The notes under the pieces are model-generated. The model was not told the origin of the DNA, did not search any database, and was given only the letters and a program-made list of their open reading frames with translations. The translations under genes were made by a program, and so were the position numbers. From positions 643,226 to 707,225 of the forward strand of contig JAFKEU010000004.1 in NCBI GenBank assembly GCA_017308475.1: a stretch of 64,000 bases of DNA, written 5' to 3'. Shown one piece after another: positions 60,923 through 64,000 of the stretch (the stretch's first letter is position 1; each line of letters begins with the position of its first letter). This DNA comes from Alphaproteobacteria bacterium (GTDB lineage: Bacteria; Pseudomonadota; Alphaproteobacteria; Micropepsales; Micropepsaceae).

Positions 60923-61255
60923 TTACAGCGTGCCCATCATTGCCGGCGCCAGCGCGACCATCGCGAGCATCGCGGGCACGGCATAAAGATAGTGGCGGCG
61001 ATTGAGCAGCGCCACGACGGTGAAGAACAGCAGCATCCCCGCCAGAATGCCGCCCCAGATGCGCGTCTGCTCCACCCACAGGAACAGCGCCGTCAGTGCC
61101 TGCAGCGCGCCGGCCACATAATGAAAGCCTCGCGCATATTGCCAGCGCCGGTACAGGTCGGCCAGGGGACGCACGGCCAGAAGATGCGCCGCGGCGAGAA
61201 GGGCAAACAGGATCGACAGCGCCTGGGCGGCGGTGTGGGCGAACGCCAGGCTCAC
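60923..61255 (-). CDS. Small (110 aa) multi-TM membrane protein, DoxX-like, translationally coupled to the RND pump
   Basis: GTG at 61255 is preceded by GGAGG and forms a GTGA overlap with the RND stop. There are three or four hydrophobic helices. RWQYARGFHYVAGALQALTALFLW resembles the DoxX-like pattern. The family call is tentative. Confidence 0.5.
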   Translation of the reverse strand: MSLAFAHTAAQALSILFALLAAAHLLAVRPLADLYRRWQYARGFHYVAGALQALTALFLWVEQTRIWGGILAGMLLFFTVVALLNRRHYLYAVPAMLAMVALAPAMMGTL

Positions 61256-64000
61256 GATGCGCCTCCCGGTTCGGTGACATGGCGATGCACCGCTTCGGTT
61301 CCGGTCAGCCGTTTTTCCAGTGCCCGCAGCAGCACATAGAAGACAGGGGTCAGGAACAGGCCGAAGAAGGTCACGCCCAGCATGCCGAAGAACACCGCCA
61401 CGCCCATGGCATGGCGCATCTCCGCGCCCGCGCCGGACGACAGCACCAGCGGCACCACGCCCATGATGAAGGCGAAGCTGGTCATCAGGATGGGCCGCAG
61501 CCTGAGGCGGGCGGCGTGGATGGCCGCCTTCATCGTGCTTTCCCCGCCGATCTCCAGCTCGCGCGCGAACTCCACGATCAGGATGGCGTTCTTGCACGCC
61601 AGGCCGATCAGCACGAACAGGCCGATCTGGGTGAAGATGTTGTTGTCGCCGCCCGTCAGCCACACGCCGGTGATGGCCGAAAGCAGGCACATCGGCACGA
61701 TCAGGATGATCGCCAGCGGCAGGAACAGACTTTCATACTGGGCCGACAGGACCAGGAAGACCAGAAGCACGCAGAGTGGGAAGACCAGAAGCGCGGTGTT
61801 GCCGGCCAGGATCTGCTGATAGGTCAGGTCGGTCCACTCATAGGTCATGCCCTTGGGCAGCGTCTCGTCCAGGATCCTGGTCATGGCCGCCTGGGCCTGG
61901 CCCGACGAATAGCCCGGCGCCGGCCCGCCATTGAGGTCCGCGGCGCGGAAGCCGTTGTAGCGCAGCGCCGTGTCCGGGCCGTTGGTCTCCGACACCGTGA
62001 CCAGCGAGCCCAGCGGCACCATCTCGCCGGCCGCGTTGCGCACCTTCAGTTGCGCGATGTCGGACGGTTTTTCGCGGAACGGCGTATCGGCCTGGGCGAT
62101 CACCTGATAGGTGCGGCCGAAGCGGTTGAAGTCGTTGACGTACATTGAGCCCAGATAGGTCTGCATGGTGTCGAACACATCCGACACATTCACGCCCAGC
62201 TGCTGGGCACGGGTACGGTCCAGATGCGCGAAGAGCTGCGGCATGGTGGTGTTGAAGTTCGAGAAGACGCCGGCCAGCGACGGCTCCTTCATCGCCTTCA
62301 TCTGAACCTCGCCGACCGCCTTGGCCAGCGCGGCATTGCCCAGGTCCGTGCGGTCCTCGATTTCCAGCTTGAAGCCGCCGATCGTGCCCAGCCCCTGCAC
62401 TGGCGGGGGCGGGAAGATGGCGATGTAGGCATCCTTGATGCCGGCATATTTGGCCTGGAGTGTCTGGGAAATGGCAAAACCCGACAGGTCGGACGAACGG
62501 CGCTGATCGAACGGCTTCAAGGTCACAAACACGATGCCAGCCGACGGGCTGTTGATGAAGCCGTTGATGGAGAGGCCCGGGAAGGCGACCGCTCCGGCCA
62601 CGCCCGGCTGCTTGAGCGCGATGTCGCTCATCTGCCGGATCACCTTTTCGGTGCGGTCCAGCGTGGCGCCCTCGGGAAGCTGGGCGAAGCTGACCAGGTA
62701 CTGCTTGTCCTGCAGCGGCACGAAACCCGGCGGCACCATGCGAAAGCCCAGCACGGTGGCGGCCAGCAGCCCGCCATATACCAGCATCGCCGCCGATTTG
62801 TGGCCCAGAATGCCGCTGACGCCCTTGCCGTAGCCATCGGAGCTTCTGTGGAAGAAGCGGTTGAAGCCGCGGAAGAAGCCGCCCAGGAAGCGGTCCATCA
62901 CCCGCGTCAGCCGGTCCTTTGGCGCGTCATGGCTCTTGAGCAGAAGCGCCGCCAGCGCCGGCGACAGGGTCAGCGAGTTGAAGGCCGAAATGATGGTGGA
63001 AAAGGCAATGGTCAGCGCGAACTGGCGGTAGAACTCGCCGGTCAGGCCACTGATGAAGGCGATGGGCACGAACACCGCGCAAAGCGTGAGCGCGATGGCG
63101 ATGATGGGGCCCGTCACCTCGCTCATCGCCTTCAGCGCGGCATCGCGGGGTGACAGTCCGCCCTCGATGCTGCGCTCGACATTCTCGACCACCACGATGG
63201 CGTCGTCGACCACGATGCCGATCGCCAGCACAAGGCCGAACAGCGACAGGGCGTTGATGGAAAAGCCGAACATGTACATGGCGGCAAAGGTACCGACGAT
63301 GGAGGTCGGCACCGCCAGCAGCGGAATGATGGAGGCGCGCCAGGTCTGCAGGAACAGGATCACCACCAGCACGACCAGCAGCACCGCTTCCAGAAGCGTA
63401 TGCACCACCGCCTCGATCGAGCCGCGCACGAAGACCGTCGGGTCATAGACGATCTGGTAGTCCAGCCCCGGCGGGAAATTCCTTTTCAGCTCGGCCATGG
63501 TGGCGCGCACCTGGTCGGAGATCTGGATGGCGTTGGAGCCGGGGGCCTGGAATACGGGAATGGCAACCGCCTGTTGGTTGTTCAGCAGCGAACGCAGGCC
63601 ATATTCCGAGGCGTCAATTTCCACGCGCGCCACGTCGGACAGCCGCGTGACGACGCCGCCGGCGTTCTTGATGACGATTTGCTTGAATTCTTCCGGGTCG
63701 CTCAGGCGGCCTTCCACGGTGATGGGAAGCTGCAGTTCGCCCTTGGCACTGTAGGGCGGGCCGTTGATCACGCCGGCGGCGACCTGGACATTCTGCTGGC
63801 GGATGGCGGCCACCACCTCGTCGGCGGTCAGGCCGCGCTCGGCGACCTTCTCCGGGTTCAGCCAAACCCGCATGGCATAGTCGCCGCTGCCGAACAGGCG
63901 CACCTGGCCCACGCCTTCAATCTTGGCCAGCTGGTCCCTGACGTTCAGCACCGCATAGTTGCGCAGGTACAGCATGTCATAGCGGCCGTCCGGCGAGATC
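61252..64000 (-). CDS. RND (HAE1/AcrB-type) inner-membrane efflux transporter; N-terminus outside window
   Basis: The frame is open to base 64000. It shows the AcrB-like porter/TM architecture (VVDDAIVVVENVER, repeated 6-TM bundles, AILIVEFARE). Confidence 0.9.
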   Translation of the reverse strand, partial: ISPDGRYDMLYLRNYAVLNVRDQLAKIEGVGQVRLFGSGDYAMRVWLNPEKVAERGLTADEVVAAIRQQNVQVAAGVINGPPYSAKGELQLPITVEGRLSDPEEFKQIVIKNAGGVVTRLSDVARVEIDASEYGLRSLLNNQQAVAIPVFQAPGSNAIQISDQVRATMAELKRNFPPGLDYQIVYDPTVFVRGSIEAVVHTLLEAVLLVVLVVILFLQTWRASIIPLLAVPTSIVGTFAAMYMFGFSINALSLFGLVLAIGIVVDDAIVVVENVERSIEGGLSPRDAALKAMSEVTGPIIAIALTLCAVFVPIAFISGLTGEFYRQFALTIAFSTIISAFNSLTLSPALAALLLKSHDAPKDRLTRVMDRFLGGFFRGFNRFFHRSSDGYGKGVSGILGHKSAAMLVYGGLLAATVLGFRMVPPGFVPLQDKQYLVSFAQLPEGATLDRTEKVIRQMSDIALKQPGVAGAVAFPGLSINGFINSPSAGIVFVTLKPFDQRRSSDLSGFAISQTLQAKYAGIKDAYIAIFPPPPVQGLGTIGGFKLEIEDRTDLGNAALAKAVGEVQMKAMKEPSLAGVFSNFNTTMPQLFAHLDRTRAQQLGVNVSDVFDTMQTYLGSMYVNDFNRFGRTYQVIAQADTPFREKPSDIAQLKVRNAAGEMVPLGSLVTVSETNGPDTALRYNGFRAADLNGGPAPGYSSGQAQAAMTRILDETLPKGMTYEWTDLTYQQILAGNTALLVFPLCVLLVFLVLSAQYESLFLPLAIILIVPMCLLSAITGVWLTGGDNNIFTQIGLFVLIGLACKNAILIVEFARELEIGGESTMKAAIHAARLRLRPILMTSFAFIMGVVPLVLSSGAGAEMRHAMGVAVFFGMLGVTFFGLFLTPVFYVLLRALEKRLTGTEAVHRHVTEPGGAS

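Overview
High-GC bacterial chromosomal segment (roughly two-thirds G+C by eye, not computed). It is most consistent with an alphaproteobacterium, judging from the gene families, a REP-like hairpin pair of the kind that translates as '..VKPGHD..', and many ATGA/GTGA start-stop overlaps. All calls come from reading the translated ORFs and the DNA; no database search was run. I can support 57 protein-coding genes (two cut by the window edges), one tRNA(CAT), two convincing intrinsic terminators and two small repeat structures. I saw no rRNA, CRISPR array, transposase, integrase, phage or recognisable defence or toxin genes. Gene order: (1) 0-6.5 kb: two periplasmic PQQ dehydrogenases, each translationally coupled to a secreted putative lactonase, then a Zn-ADH and MlaD. 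(2) 6.6-9.8 kb: glutaryl-CoA dehydrogenase, a family III CoA-transferase and PPK2. (3) 9.9-20.2 kb: two convergent acid-sugar operons, rhmD-uxuA-MFS and GH39 / Tat-signal enolase-superfamily enzyme / MFS / split aconitase X / Hyi-like isomerase. (4) 20.2-24.2 kb: a sparsely coding stretch with an Lpp-like/OmpA lipoprotein, a Pro-rich membrane protein, an MCP N-terminal remnant, an orphan OmpR-type regulator and the tRNA. (5) 24.3-30.8 kb: SIMPL protein, Dcp peptidase, fasciclin, ABC-F ATPase and a beta-propeller. (6) 30.9-37.4 kb: a Weimberg-like module with a KGSADH-like ALDH, XylX-like FAH enzyme, Tat-signal TIM barrel, IclR and SDR. (7) 37.4-43.6 kb: orphan cheB, a TonB-dependent receptor and a GIN-PadR-DUF1700-GIN module. 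(8) 43.6-55.2 kb: a compact molybdenum locus with a ModE-N-like regulator, iorAB-type oxidoreductase, modCB, moeA, modA, moaCBEDA and an xdhC-mocA fusion. (9) 55.2-64 kb: TolB-like/amidohydrolase fusion, GH29 fucosidase, an esterase, and a DoxX-like protein coupled to an RND pump. The best candidate for an undescribed system is the tightly coupled six-gene operon at 13.5-20.2 kb. It places aconitase X (DUF521/DUF126) and a Tat-signal enolase-superfamily enzyme in a glycoside/acid-sugar context. It fits a wider pattern of normally cytoplasmic sugar-acid enzyme families carrying twin-arginine leaders next to periplasmic PQQ dehydrogenases. This is a hypothesis from gene context, not a demonstrated novelty.
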